Assembly: GCF_018977255.1 (NCBI RefSeq) | Contig: NW_024704743.1 | Span: forward strand, 4,156,001-4,220,000 | Direction of reading: 5' to 3' | Source of the DNA: Callorhinchus milii | Taxonomy: Eukaryota | DNA length: 64,000 nucleotides | Part shown: positions 25,660 through 39,655 of the stretch, one piece after another | How the letters are laid out: each line of letters opens with the position of its first letter | Numbering within the stretch: the first letter of the stretch is position 1 | Translations under genes and position numbers: made by a program | Notes under the pieces: model-generated | What the model saw: only the letters and a program-made list of their open reading frames with translations | Told to the model about the DNA's origin: nothing | The model's database searches: none

Positions 25660-27390
25660 GGCTCAGCCTCTCTCGCCTCTCAGTCAGACGGTTGTGGGTT
25701 CAAGCCCCACATCAGCTCACATAGCTGGCACTCCAATACAATACTGGGGTGGTGCTGGGATCATCAGAGGTGCCATCCTTCGGATTAGACATTAAACTGA
25801 GGTCCCGTCTGCCTGTAAGGGTGGACGTTAAAGATCCCATGGCACTCTTCGAAAAGAGAAGGGAATTTCGCCCAGTGTCTAGGCCAACAATCTTTGAGAT
25901 AAACTTGGGCATTCATTTCATGGCTGTTTGCGGGACATTTACTGTGTGCGAATTGACTGTTGCGTTTGCCTACAGAACGCACACAATCAGTAAATCCTGT
26001 GAAGCTCCTTTGGGTCATTTTCACAACGTGCCACACCAAGTGCAAGGATTATTAGGTGTCAGCGTCTTGTGAGAGAAGGGGAGCGAAAGGAACGATGCAC
26101 TCAACCTTCCATTGACACGGATTTTGTGTTTCTCGGCGATCACAGGTTTCCGAAACAGCGTGACGGTGTCTTGCCTGACATTCGCTTAAGTATTTCAGTT
26201 CTCGTTTTTGGAAGCCGAAGCGATGAATTATTTACAAAATCTGTCATTTCTTTCATGTTTTCACTTAATTGCGAATCCTCAGGCTCTGCCCAGAGCCTGC
26301 GTTACCCACTGAGCCGCTTCGGTAATTAACACCAGAAACACGTGAGTAAACTTTGCAGATTGTCACACCTCTCTAGCCCATCCCTACCTCCGCATTGTCT
26401 AACAAAAGGGGGAAAAAAAACACGCTTAAATATTCATGTTTGGCAGTAAATCAAACCAACTGTGAATAACACAGCGTTTGCTGGTTATTAGTATGCCTTG
26501 TTTTATCTCAATTTGATGCTTGTAAACTTCCCGAAGGCAACCCTTTGTTAAGCACATCACACGCACCTCATACAAAAGGAGCCTTCAAGTGTGTCGATCT
26601 CCAAATAGCATCGAACCTGTCTGCTCTGTGAATCGTGGGTCATTCTTGATGGCCAGCCTGACTCGGTTGGTAGCAAACTTGCCTCTGAGTCAGACGGTAG
26701 CGGGTTCAAGCCCCACGTCAGGATCTTTACATTTCAAATAGCGTCAGTAGGACATCTCAGTTGTTTCACAGTATTTACTCTAAAGTGGAGAGACTGTACT
26801 TGTGGGTGAACACGGCAGCCGATTTGCAAACAGCAATGTCCCACAAAACAGCCATAAAGTCGATGCCCAAGTTTATTCGGGAGATTGTTGGCCAAGACAC
26901 CGGAAGAAAGTCCCTTCTCTTTTTTGAGCGGTGCCATGGAATCTTTAACGTGCATCCAAACAAGCAGACCGGACTTCTTTTTAACATCTAATCCGAGGGA
27001 CGCACCTCTGGCAAAACAATATCGCCCCCAGCAGTGCTGGGGCGATCAGCCTCGACTACGTGAGTTCCAAATCCCAACGAGGAGTTTGAGTACACAATCT
27101 TCTGAGTCAGAGGCTGGAGTGCTACCAACTGAGCCAGTCTGACACACAAGATCCCGTGTATGAAAAGAGAAAGGTGGTTCTCCCAGTGTCCTGGCCAACA
27201 ATCCCCTCAATAAAATTGGTCTTTCACCTCATGGCTGTTTGGGGGACATTGCCGGGTGCAAATTGGCTGCCGCGTTCGCCTGCAAAATACCGTGCACAGT
27301 CACTACACTTTTACGGTGCATCCCTCAAAGTGCTTCTGGAGACATCCTCCTGAGGTGAAAGGCACACAATCAAAAGTAAGGATCACTGTT
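25660..27390. mobile_element. Cluster of Deu-type SINE copies in both orientations (+ ~25660-26050; + head ~26650-26720; - ~26740-27140; + ~27160-27390)
   Basis: Repeated tcggat.agacattaaactgaggtcccgtctgcctg / gttaaagatcccatggcac motifs and their reverse complements. Confidence 0.75.
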
Positions 27391-30300
27391 ATTCTTATTA
27401 TGGACGTAGATATTAGGCTGAATGTGCTGACCGCTAAAGGAAGCTAAATAACTTGTGTGGTCAGTATGGACACTGGCCCGGACAGCTTGGGCCGAACGGC
27501 CTGTTTCCATAGCCGTACGTCCTTTGTTAAATCTTTGCTGCCGCTGCCCTTTGCGAGCGGATTTAGTCACATCTGTTTGGCTACTTCCCGAGCGCCATTA
27601 GAAGTGGGCGAATTTAAAAGAAGTGGTTTTAATGCATCTTTTGCCGCTTGGAAGTCCCCACTAAGCTCCGGTGATATTTTAGTGGGGGCGGGGGGGGTCA
27701 GGGAATTTTTTTTAAAAAACAAATGATTCAGCTCACCAAAAAAAAAAGACAAGAGAAATCTACTTGTGTACTGCTTCTCAGTGAAACAAAAACTTCCCGG
27801 CTGACATCTGACAGGGTTTGAAACCTAGAGTAAGGTTAATCTTGATAACACTGGATGGCTGTGAAATGTTAACGGGTCTCTCAGGCGTTTCCAGAAGGGA
27901 ACCATAATGGGCAAGGAACGCGCTCGCAATTTACAAGAGCTGCGTAGATTTCCTGCTGGAGACCAAAAGGCTCAGCAGACGGGTTCTGAATGAATCATGT
28001 CAAGGGTTATTAGGGTTAGGAAAGTGAGTTGCGTTATGCTTTTTGTGCGCTTTCCGTTGGAACACGGCGATGGCACTTTTCTCGGACATCGCTGTGTGCA
28101 AATTGCCGTCCGTGTCCGCATTCAGTCGTACCGCTTCGCAGTGCTGTATAACGCCGTAAAATGCTTTGAGACATCGCGACAACGGGACAAGGTGTTACAC
28201 CAAAAGTTAAGTGGCGGTTCATGTGGAATATAAACATCAGCGCAGACCGTTTCGATGCCACATGGAGCTCGATGTGCCCATGACTTATGAACAGGGCAAA
28301 CAGCAAGGACCCAGAACCAACTTCGCTGTCTCCAACACTCACTGAGCTAATGGCTCAGTGTAAAGCCGCCTCCATTCATCATTCTCTGCTTGCTGATCCC
28401 AACCTAATTCAATCAGCTGAATGTATTAATAATAATAATAATAATTCTTGATATGATATAGTGCCTTACCGTGCCATTAGAGGGCCTCCCTCTAATCACA
28501 AGTTACACTGCAAATTGGTGTGATTGTGTACATTTTGTGGGCTAACACGGCATTTGCACACAGTCTTATCCCACAAAGAGTTATAGAATGAATGACCAAA
28601 ATTATCTAAGGGATTGTTGGCCAGGACATGTGGAGAAACTCCCTCTTCTTTTCCAATAATGCCACGGGATCTTTAACGTTCCCCCTGGACAGGCAGATGG
28701 GGCCTTTGGTTTAATGTCTCACGTGAAATACAGGACATCTATCAATCCAGCATTCCCCCGGCACTGCATTGGAGTGTCATCTTAGACAATATGGGTTCCA
28801 AGTCCCGACTAAAAATTGGTCACTCGTTTCGTGGCTGTCTGTGGGACATTGCTCTGCGCTATTGTCCTGCCGTGTTTGCCAGCAAATACAGTCACTCCAT
28901 TTCACGGTGAATTCCGTGAAGCGCTTTGAGATGTCCTTCCGAAGTGATGAGGCGTGATACCAAATGCAAGGATTATTATTATTATTATTATGGGATATCA
29001 TATCAGTGACTAAGCACGGAAATACTTTCTCTTTCAGCTAGCTTCTTTGTTGTAGGGGAAGTCTACTTACTAATTTGTCTGATTAACGAATGCAAATTAA
29101 CCACAATTTACATAATTCAGTCGTATTTTCCCCTGATAGCATAATGAACAAGCCCTTCAACTTCCACATAAAAAAAAAACGATGAAGGAGATTGAGATAC
29201 GGGTGGGAATGTCTGTTACCTGATTAACTTAATTTGCCCATGTATCTTAAATGTAATTAATCTACCACAATAAACGAACACGTTGCTTCTGTTTACCGTG
29301 TGCCCAGCCCACCCCAGGGCAGTGAATGTCAGAGCGCTTTAGCTGGCAAGGAACCAGCGCATGTTCTGTCCTTCGTGACAGGAAGGTAAACTGAGGCGCC
29401 CTCTGCCTGTTCGAGGAAGGGAGCTACGTAAATGCAAGTTGTTGTCGTAAAGATTCCCACGGCACTACTTGAAAAGAGAAGGGGATTTCTCTCTCCCGGT
29501 GTCCTGGCCAGCAATCCCCCCCCCCCCCCCCCCCTCCCCCCCACTCCACAATAAAAATAAATCGTCATTCGCTCCATAGCTGTTTGTGGGACATTGCCAT
29601 GCAAAAAACTGGCTGCCACATTTGCCCATAAGGTACGCAGTCACTGCACTTTAATGTATATTCTGTGAAGTACTTCGGCATGTCCTCCTGACGTGAAAGG
29701 TGCTATACCAATTATAAGGATTATTCTTTTCTGACTCAGCTCCTGTTACCCCCTGCAAGCCAAAGCCCTAATGGGCAGCGAGAGAGCTTGCCAGACAGCA
29801 ATATCGATGGCAAGCTGTGTGCGGTTTCAGCCGGTTAGACTCCAGCAGTTACCCCCAACGCACACTCTGGGGTCCCCAAGCCTTGGCTCCTGCCAACCTG
29901 CGCCTAATACTTTCCGGAATTAGAGAGAGAGAGAGAGAGAGAGAGAGAGTGCGCATTCCATTCCAATAAACATCTCTGGGATTTCCACGTGTAGGTGATG
30001 GGTTTCCGCACGTGACAGATGCCCAGCTGACCACCCCCTTCCCCCCCCCTTCCCCCCTAAAAATTATTATTATTACGATTATCATTAATGACGTGTTGCA
30101 ACGGTGTCGACTGGAAAGGGTTGAAAGCCAAGCAGGCGATGCAGTTGGAAACCAGCTTCGCCCTGGTCTGGCCTTGATTTTCTGAGAGGAAAAAGATGAG
30201 CAGATTGATTTTTACGAGCAGTGCCTCTCTCCGAGACCTGGTGCGCGAGAGCGCCAAGAGGACCGAGACAATCTGTTCGTTGATGAGGAGGTCCGGCCAG

Positions 30301-30834
30301 GTTGACTTAGCCTCTGACCTTCTAGGCCTCCCTGTGTAAAGGCAGGCATCTCTCCTCTCAGCGCCACCTCCTCAGTTCGCAGCGGCTTGTGATTAGAAAC
30401 CGGCCATCTGGCACATTAGTGCAGCAGTGAACTGCACCGTGGGCTGCTTACAGTTTCGAGGGCATCTCACGGCGGGTGATTGCTGTCCGAGCCGCTCGCT
30501 AACGCACGCAGTCCCGAGGCGAGGGGGTGTCCCTCAGGGACGGAGCTGGCTCGAGAGGACAGAGTCTCGGCGACGGCACAGAAAGCGACTTACGCGTCCT
30601 CTGCCGTTGGAAGCATCTTATGTCCTTTTCTGTCGTTCTGTGCCCACTCTCTGGAACTGCCTCCCAAAGTCACTCGCTCGTTCCTTCCCTCCTTCCCTCC
30701 CTCCCTCCCTCCCCCCCTCGCTGACACACTCACTCATTCACCCACCCACTCACTCACTCACCTTTTTCAAGGCACCTCATTGACCACCCTTCCCCACCCC
30801 AAGGTTCCACCCCCTGTTCGGGTGCCCAGTCGGC

Positions 30835-31830
30835 GCAGCAAATACAATACATAAGGGAGGGTGGAGGAGGGCGGAGAAGGTAGGAGGGTGGTCGAAGGCA
30901 CGATCAGAGAGGAAGAGGGTCTTGAGACGTGCCTTGAAGGAGACAAGTGAGGGAAAGGGTCTGTGGGATGGAGTTCCAAAGGTTGGGGGCGCAGAGGCTG
31001 AAGGCCCGAACGCCGATGGTGGGGCGGGTTGGGGGAGGACTTGGAGCAGGCCAGACCCTGCTGAGCCCAGGGAGCGGCCAGGTTGACATGGAGTTAGCAG
31101 GTGACAGAGGTAGGGAGGAGCAAGGCCATGGAGGATCTTGAAGGCGAGGACTAGAACTTTGAACTCTATCCTCTGTGTGATGGGGAGCCAGTGGAGCCGG
31201 GCGAGGGTGAGGATGATAGGGGTCACGTAGCCTGGTGAGGTAGAGGACACGAGCTGCAGAGTTTCGGATGATCTGCAACTTGTGGTGGGAAGACTTGGGG
31301 AGGCCGACAAGCAGGGAGTTGGCGTAGTCGAGCCTAGATGTGATGAACGCGTGAATGAGGGAGCCGGGCGATGTTGCGAAGATGGGGGAAGGGAGAGCGG
31401 GTCAGGGCAAGCATGTGAGGGAGAAAGGACAGTTGTGGTTCAAACAAGACACCGAGTTTCCGAACTGGCTCAGTGAGGTGGAGTGTGCGTCCATGGATGG
31501 TGATGCTATCAGCGCCTGAGGTGAGGAGGCGCTGACGAGAGCAAATCAGGAGAGCCTCGGTCTTGTTGACATTGAACTGGAGAAAGTTCGCTCTCATCCA
31601 GGACTTGATGTTCGACAGACATTCTGTCAGGACAGCAGTGGGGGTCCTGGAGTCAAGGACGGAGGCAGAGAGGTAGAGTTGGGTGTCATCCACGGACATG
31701 TGGAAGTTGACCCCATGTCTGCGGATGATGTCAGCAAGAGGGAGCGTATGGATGTGGAAGAGGAGGGGACCAAGGACGGAGCCCTGAGAAACGACGCACG
31801 AGATGGTGCGGGGGCTGGAGGAGGAGCCGA
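30835..31830 (-). mobile_element. L2-clade LINE 3' fragment
   Basis: QGSVLGPLLF..HGVNFHMSVDDTQLYLS (decayed YADD), LARLHWLPITQRIEFKVLVLAFK. Confidence 0.92.
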
Positions 31831-32274
31831 AAGGCCGGATGTAAATATATAGCGTATCGGGCAGGTTAACATTCTTCTTCGGCAATGGTTTGTGGTGAGG
31901 TATTCTACAATCCAGCCCCCTCCTCTCCGTCTAAAGCAGTATTTTCTAAGCTCCCCTTTGTCTTCCTGCGGATTGCAAAGTAAACACAGAGGAATCGAGA
32001 AAAGGCCAGTGTTTAAGCTTACAAAAGGGTTCAATAAGGTGTACGTGAATTTTATAGACTGTTTCCACTTGTTGGTGAGTCCAAAACGAGGGGTTGGGGG
32101 GAGAGGGTGGTGGGTGATGGTGGCGGAGATATAAGATGCCCACAAGCCAATCTAAAAGGGAGTTCAGATTAGGAAGCACTTTCTCACGCAGAGAATGGTG
32201 AGAGTGCGCAACTCACCGCTGGTAGCTGTGGTTGAAGCCAACAGCGTCCATTTTCAAAAGCAAAGTTGCCTCTC

Positions 32275-32745
32275 GCCAGTTCTGGCCCGGGCTGCGCTGG
32301 CTCCCCATCACCGAACGGGTCGACTTCAAGATCCTCCCCACGCGTGTTCGAATCCCTTCACTCCCTGGCACCTCCCTGACCTCTCCGACCTCCTCACTCC
32401 CCAATCCATCAACCAGCGCCTCCGCTCGACTGGCATTGGCTTCCTGCTCGTCCCTCGCAACCTCCGCCCCACCATTGGAGGCCTCTCGCTTTCAGCCACT
32501 ACGCCCCCGAAACTCTGGAACGCTCTCCCTCAATCCCTCCGCCGTGCCCACTCTGTCCCCTTTTTCAAGTCCTGCCTGAAAGCCTTCCTTTTCATCTGAG
32601 CTTACGATCATTTCCTCACCGACCCCCCGCCCCCCCATCCCTCTGGCTCGGAGTCAGGCTCCGCCACTGTTAAGCGCTCTGAGAAGCTACCCTGCGCGGA
32701 GGGCGCTATATATAAGTGCAAGTTGTTGTTGCTGTTGTTGTTGCA
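32275..32745 (+). mobile_element. L2 3' fragment, second subfamily
   Basis: LRWLPITERVDFKIL, PKLWNALPQSLR; (gtt)n tail. Confidence 0.85.
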
Positions 32746-32939
32746 GGAAACGATGGATACGTAAGTGAGTGCCTACAAATTCACCGACTCTGACGTTCAC
32801 AGCAGAATCCTGTGAAGCGCTTGGAAACGTCTCCACGATAACCTGACGAGGCGCGATATTAAAATGCAGGTGTTAGCGTATCGGGGACGGCTTCGATCTC
32901 CACAAAGTTTGCTTGAACATTCACTCTGAACACTCCGCA

Positions 32940-33255
32940 GTCCTATAGCTCAGTGGTTCGAGCGCTCGCCTCACGAGCGAGAGACCCGGGTTCGATTCCC
33001 GGGCAGGGCGAAACCTTGGGCAAGTTTCCTTAATCCAGACGCCTGATAATAGTCCCTCAAGAAAAGAAAACAATAATAAAATTGGTCACTTTAATCCACG
33101 ACTGCTTGTGGGACACTGCTGTGCGCAATTGGCTGCCGTGTTTCGCCCACAAAAATGCAGTCGATTCACTTTACAACGTATTCTGTGAAGCGCTTTGAGA
33201 CGTCGAGAAGACGTGAAACGCACTATATCAAATTCAAGGATTTTTATTATTATAA
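32940..33255 (+). mobile_element. tRNA-headed SINE (short variant)
   Basis: A/B boxes, body, tail. Confidence 0.9.
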
Positions 33256-36200
33256 TTCGTGTTCCTCAAACAGCCGCTCTGTGCAGTGACAACCAATTTT
33301 ATTTGGGAATTGTTGGCCAGGACGCCGGGAGAAACCCCCTTCTCTTTTCAACTAACATAACATTTACGATACCTTCTGAACTGTGCTTTCTATAACCATT
33401 CCACAAATCGCACACGAGACCGTTCATCAAAAAACATCTTTGCAAAATCAGACGTTTTCGGGCTGTGGGGGAAGGAGGCGGGTAAATCGGACTGAACGGA
33501 CTGTTTTTTTAAAAAAATTGCTCACTTCAATCCACGACTGTTTGTGGGACGCTGCTGTGCGCAAATTGGCTGCCGCGTTTCGCCCGCAAAATTATACAGT
33601 CGATTCACTTAACAGTGTATTCTGTGAAGCGCTTTGAGACGTCTCCGAGACCTGATAAGGCGCTATGTCAAATGCAAGGATTATTATAATTATTTTTCAA
33701 TGGGCCGAATGGACTTCTTCTCGGCTGTACATTTCGACGGGTTCCAGCACAAAACCCCCACGTTTTAATAAAAGAGAAACCTCATGATTCCTGAGCCGTT
33801 TGGCCCATCATCACCAACAGAGGGACGAGACATTCAGACGTGCAGCATCAGAAGCAGAGTAGTCTCTGTGTGTCTCTCAGACCAGGTGCGCATTACTTGA
33901 AGTGAGTGTTGTTGGGAAGGGGGTGTGGGGGGTGGAGGAGGAAGTAGGGAAGTAAAGCTGCGAGTCTGCCCGGGAATGAATTCACAGCATCTCAAAGGCT
34001 GAAAGATTTGGCGCTTTTAAATAACAGATAAGATACCTGAAACGGTGCACGCAGACAGAATGCTGATGCAGTCTCCACCAAAGTTACTCTCGCGCCTTTG
34101 TGCTACGAGACATGAACTCCCGCTGGTTGCCGGCTACATTCACTTTAGATTAAATACCACTACATCGTGGATTAAGCGCAATTATGCAAATCGTATTGAC
34201 AGAGTGCAGCAAACATTTCCTGAAGGTAGCAAAAGGGACTAATTGTTTATGTATGACTATCATCGTCGATTCGATACGGGTTTTCAGACCGGGATTTATG
34301 TAGATGAATATGGTGCTTTAATGACCTCCGTTGACAGCGATCTTCCTGCCTCGATCGCAAATGCCAGATGGTTGCTTTTCCTTGCATGATATTAAAAGAT
34401 GTGTCGAATTCGTGGGATTGATTTTTTTTTTTTTTGCGGTGAGTTGACACAGCGCAGTCAATGATTTCTGTTTTTTGGAAAATTGCAGAAGAAACTTTTG
34501 TACGTATATATTATATATAGATGTACATAAAATGGCAGTAAGTGCCACGGGCTCCCAAATCAGATTGCTCTCCTGGTACAGAACACTGCATTTAACAGTC
34601 TGTAATTATCGCAAAGTATTCTCTGTTAATTGACTGATTCAGGAAGCTAAATATAATGACTCCTTATTAATCATGAAAAGAGATGTAAGTGGCGAGGCGC
34701 TGCCAGAATTGCATCAGAGACGGGAAGCGTTAATTAATGAAAAGAACAATGATGTAAAAAATTAGGTACATAATGCTTAGCCACTGATTTAATAGGCTCT
34801 GGGAGCTCATTAGATTGCACAGCAGCTATGGCATGCTGGAGATTGTGATAGCAATCCAGAGTCACACTTCTCACACTGTGAACCTCTGACTGAGAAGTAT
34901 CACCACTGCACCTCGGTCTTTTCAAAGTGTAACGACAGTGGGATTTTTTTTTACTTCGTTAGCAGGTTCGCCTACAAAATACAGAGCTGCTGCCCTCCGC
35001 AGTAAATCCTGCCTAGGGCTTTAAGATGTCTCAAATACATGATTCTAATAATAATAATAATAATTATAATCCTTGCATTTAATACAGCACCTCATCACAT
35101 TGTTGAGAGGTCTCAAAGAGCTGCACGGAATGTATCACAAAGCAGGTGGGACGTGTATTGCATGGGCGAAAGAAACACTATTATATAAAGGTGGAAGCGA
35201 GACCTTTGTTCATAGCTCCCGGCCAATATTAATTGGCAGCGTAAGTCACAGCTCGACGTTAGCCGAGACAGACAAAGGGACAGTTTTGCAAAACAACCTG
35301 GAACTTGAGACTGTACTCGACACCAACGTGAAGTTCATTTACTCCAAGGGAAGGACTCTTTTGGGATCTTCAATCTCTCTCCACCTCACCCCCACTCTTT
35401 GCCTTTAAACCTCACCTTAAGACTGACCTTGTTGACCACGCCTTTGGTCACTTCCTCCTCCTTTGCTCCGTCACCGTGCAGTGCTCCAAGACTCTTAACT
35501 GTGGCTGTTGTTGTTTTGGACAGCTTCGTCGTTAACTGCTCGAACAGAGAAGCCTCACAACGGGAATATTTCGAAAGCAAACTGTTTTGTATTTGCAACT
35601 GAAATAACCGCTTGGGAGGTCTAACCCCTCGAGCAGTCCACATTCTCTTGGGGTGGTGGGCGGTGGACGGGAGGGGGTGGAATCATAACATTGCTATCAC
35701 TAAAACATCAGCAATAGGTTTGTTATAAGAGAGTTTCTCCAAATGTCCTGACCAACAAACCCCCAAGTAAAATTGATCATTCAAACATGATGCAATGTGC
35801 CTGCCATGTTTGCCTACAAACACACAGTCCAGTGACCGGACTTCAGAGTAAAATGTTGTGAAGCACTTTGAGACGTCCTCGTGATGTGAAAGGCTCTGCG
35901 CCAAAAGCAACGACAACTTGCAGTCGCACATGGCGGCCTTCACGCGGGTAGCATCTCGAAGCGCCCGCTTGAAAGGGATTAAGCAAGGATTATTATCATT
36001 AATCTTTCGGAAGCAGCAGGGTAGGGGGTTTCAGGGTTGCGAAGGGCAAACCGGGGTGAGATTCTGTGCTTTGGGCACTTAATAATCCTTCCATTCGCTA
36101 TAGGGCTTTTTAGGTCGGAGGATATCTCGAAGCGCTTCACAGGATATACTGTAAAGCGTGGTAACTGCATTTTGTGCATGAACGCAGCAGCCAAGTTGCG

Positions 36201-36879
36201 CACGTGAATGTGCCACAAACAGCCACGAAATAAAACACCTTTAATTAGTATTTTCTCCGATCAACCTGCACCGCAACAGTAGGAGTGGAGGTTGGGTGAG
36301 TCCCAGAGTATGACCTTTCGTGATCGGTCAATAAGAGGTAGCGGTGATCTGAGTAGGAGTGGGTGGGAAGGGGAGGCAATGGAATGGAAAGGGAAGGAGG
36401 TAACTGTCTCAAAGCCCGAGTGTGGAGCACTTGACACGCATGTGCGGCGCGGAAAATCAGACACAGCTCAGTGGCATGGTCATAGGAGGCAAAACACAGG
36501 CAGGAGTGTAGCAGTGGCAAACGTGTAAGATCAGTGACGAGTCGTTTGCTGTGCTTGCTGGAATATCCGTCAGAGGTATTAACGGCATGGAAACAAGGCA
36601 ACAGCATTTTCCTTGTAAGTGCTGATACCTAGAACTGAACAGAGTTGCGTAGCTCCGTCTGCAAATAGCTCACAAAATAACGCGGTTGCAGGAAGACGTT
36701 GTTGACAGACAGCACTGCGTTTCATTTCGAAGAGAATCAGCTCTTGCACCGCCATAAAATAGTCCGTGTGTCTGTTACAGCACCCTAGCACGTCGTCTCA
36801 AAGCACTTTGCAGGATTTTACTGTAAACTGTAGTGACTGTATTTGTAGGCAATAAGTTTACCACTCGCTCACTGAAGCA

Positions 36880-37530
36880 GTGCTTCCGCAGAATTTGTTC
36901 TGAATTTACCCCCCCCCCCCAACCCCCACTTCAATCGCAGGCCGTGTCTTCTGGTTCAACTGTTCAGTACAAGATAAAACAACTTATCGTGGTCTACGTT
37001 ATCTAGTCCTTTTAGAATCTTAAACGCTGTAATCCTATCGGCCCCTCGACCTTCTCTTCTCCGGTGTGAGCATATCCGGTTTAGCTGATTGATTCTCGTG
37101 GTTCAGTCCCTCCCGCCCCCTCAATCAGTTTGGTTGCCCTCCTCTGTAGCCTCTCAATCGCTGCAATATCCTTTTCGGAGATTGGGGCGACCAGAACTGC
37201 ACACAGTATTCCAAGTGCGGTCGCACCAATGATTCATAAAGTGGCAGGATTACCCCACCATTTCGGCTCAATATTGCTCTTTTAATACAGCCTCGCATCT
37301 GGTTTGCCTTAGTCTCTGCTACCGAGCCCTGTTGGGATAGCTTCAATCTACTGTCAATCAGGAACCCCCAGGTCCTTTCCGTTTTCCGTACGGATTATTT
37401 TCTTACCATTTAAATAATAGTCCCATCCTGGATTTTATGTGCTCACGTGAAGCACTTTGCATTTCTCTACATTGAATTTCATCTGCCATCGATCTGCCCA
37501 ATTCCCCAAAATGTGCAAGTCCTCCTGGAG
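36880..37530 (-). mobile_element. CR1-clade LINE fragment
   Basis: KANQMRGCIKR..ILPLYESLVRPHLEYCVQFWSP is a typical CR1 RT C-terminal segment. Confidence 0.88.
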
Positions 37531-38149
37531 CCTATCTTGCTCATATTATTATAGAGGTGTCTCAAAATCTAACACAAAGCACTTTGAGCCTGTGCTGCAT
37601 TGTTATATTAATCAAAACCCAAACCATAATACGAACCTGTTGTGTCCGGGTTGTGTGTGTTGAGGTGAAACTGCTGGGATTAGTGTCTGATGGGTTGCTT
37701 TACCCAGAGGGCATATTAAGATATAGCTAAATGGAAAAAAAAATTAAACAGAAAATTACAAATTAAATGCTAACATAAAAATAGCGGCTAGTCAGAGCTG
37801 TAGTCATTTGATAATAGCACATTTGTAAATGTTTCATTGCTAAGGTTTATTACAAATTAATAATGCATGTTACTTAATGTTACAACGCTTATGATTGCTT
37901 GTGCTGTAAGGAAAGCTTTAAGGAAATATGTCTATTACTTCAGTGGTGCAACAATGTTTTTATTGCACTTCGTAACGATTTATTCAACATTTTTAACACT
38001 AACATTTTATCACTATTATTAAATATAGGAGCATAGGAATACAGAAATAACCCATTGAGCCAGACAGAGCTCTCCGTGGCAAGCGATCCAGGTTTTCGCT
38101 GGTTAAACTTCAGTAGTGCTGCAGTGCGCAATCTGGGGTTCCTCCCCAA

Positions 38150-38460
38150 GTCTTGGCTCTTGCCCGCTCCATAACCCCGACCCGGCCGACCCCACCATCG
38201 GCGGTCGGCCCTTCAGCCTCTCTGGCCCCCACTCTCTGGAACTCCATCCCACATTCCCTTCACCCCTCTCCTTCCTTTGCCGCCTTCAAGGCACGCCTCA
38301 AGACCCTTCTCTTCGACCATGCCTTCGACCACCCTCTCTGCCCTCCACCTTCGCTGATCCAAACCACCCACCCCACCACTCCCCCGGTCGAGTCCTAATC
38401 CCTGACTATTCAACGCCTTGGGACGTCCTCCCGATGTGAATGGCGCTTTACAAATGTGAA
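38150..38460 (+). mobile_element. L2 3' end fragment
   Basis: APTLWNSIP..FKARLKTLLFD; 3' UTR ttgggacgtcctcccgatgtgaa. Confidence 0.8.
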
Positions 38461-38476
38461 AGCTTTACAGAGCAGA

Positions 38477-38770
38477 ACCTTAGGCAAGTCTCCTTACCTC
38501 CACACGCCTCTGTTTACCTGGGAGTAAGTAGGAACCAGTTGTCAGTCGATTGGCGGATCGTTTTCCGGAGATAATAATCCCTTCAAAAAAAATAATAATA
38601 ACAATTTGGTCACTCAATCCGTGACTGTTTGTGGGGACGCTACTGTGCGCAATTGGCTGCCGCGTTTCGCCCACAAAATATACAGTCGATTCACTTTACA
38701 GCAAATTCTGTGAAATGCTTTGAGACGTCTAAAAGACGTGATAAGGCGCTATATCAAATGCAAGGATTAA
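38477..38770 (+). mobile_element. tRNA-headed SINE, head truncated
   Basis: Middle segment, body and tail. Confidence 0.87.
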
Positions 38771-39271
38771 AATACACAGGCGTTACCTTTTATAGTGTGT
38801 CCAGGGTGCTGCATATTTTGCAGGGGAACTGCAGAATCGAGGGGTGGGGGGGGGAGGGGAGGAGTTGCTCCTGACCTGAAAAGTGCTATATTAACTGCAA
38901 GGACTATACAGTCCCTGGGCAAAGTTATCAGTTGTAAGACCTTACCAGTTTAGGGTAAGGTGAAGGATTCAGAGTAATTTTGCATAGTTTATTCAGGTTC
39001 TGTCCTCGGGCAATTCAGCTGCGAGTTCATGACAGAATAACAAATGTGTTGTAGGTTTGGGGACCGCCGTGGGGTGGGGGCTTGGGGATTTGGGGAGGGT
39101 GTGTGTCTCTGGTGCACTTTGTGCTACACTCAGGATAACAGGATGATGTTCACCACAGCTACACAACCCACCTCCTGGTCATCCACGTGGCACGAATCAG
39201 GAATGATACCGGGAATAATGGCTTGCCAGCCGAGAAGGTGAACCAGTAAACGTATTGAAGTGTTTGTGATG

Positions 39272-39655
39272 ATAATAATAATAATAATAATAATACTTGC
39301 ATTTGATATAGCGCCTTATCACGTCTTCGAGACGTCTCTAAGCGCTTCACACTGTGAAGTGAATCGACTGTATATTTTGTGGGCAAAACGCGGCAGCCAA
39401 TTGCGCGCAGCAGCGTCCCCGCAAACAGCCGTGGATTGAAGTGATCAATTTATTATTATTATTATTTTTTTGAAGGAATTATTTCCCCCGGAAAAGCGAT
39501 CCGCTAATCGACTAACAGCCGGGTTCCTACTTACTGCCGGGTAAACAGAGGCGTGTGGAGTAAGGAAACTTGCCCAACGTTTCGCCCTGCCCGGGAATCG
39601 AACCCGGGTCCTCTCGCTTGCGAGGCGAGTGCTCTAACCACTGAGCTACAGGACT
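39272..39655 (-). mobile_element. tRNA-headed SINE (long variant), full length, near consensus
   Basis: All segments present; inverted relative to 38477-38770. Confidence 0.92.

Noticed and set aside
30358..30378. CTCF-like motif cagcgccacctcctca
   Set aside because: Only half of the consensus matches
30835..31885. Intact or domesticated reverse transcriptase gene
   Set aside because: 5'-truncated, frameshifted, and the YADD motif has decayed to SVDD; ordinary L2 relic (same for 3075-4170 and 55880-56820)
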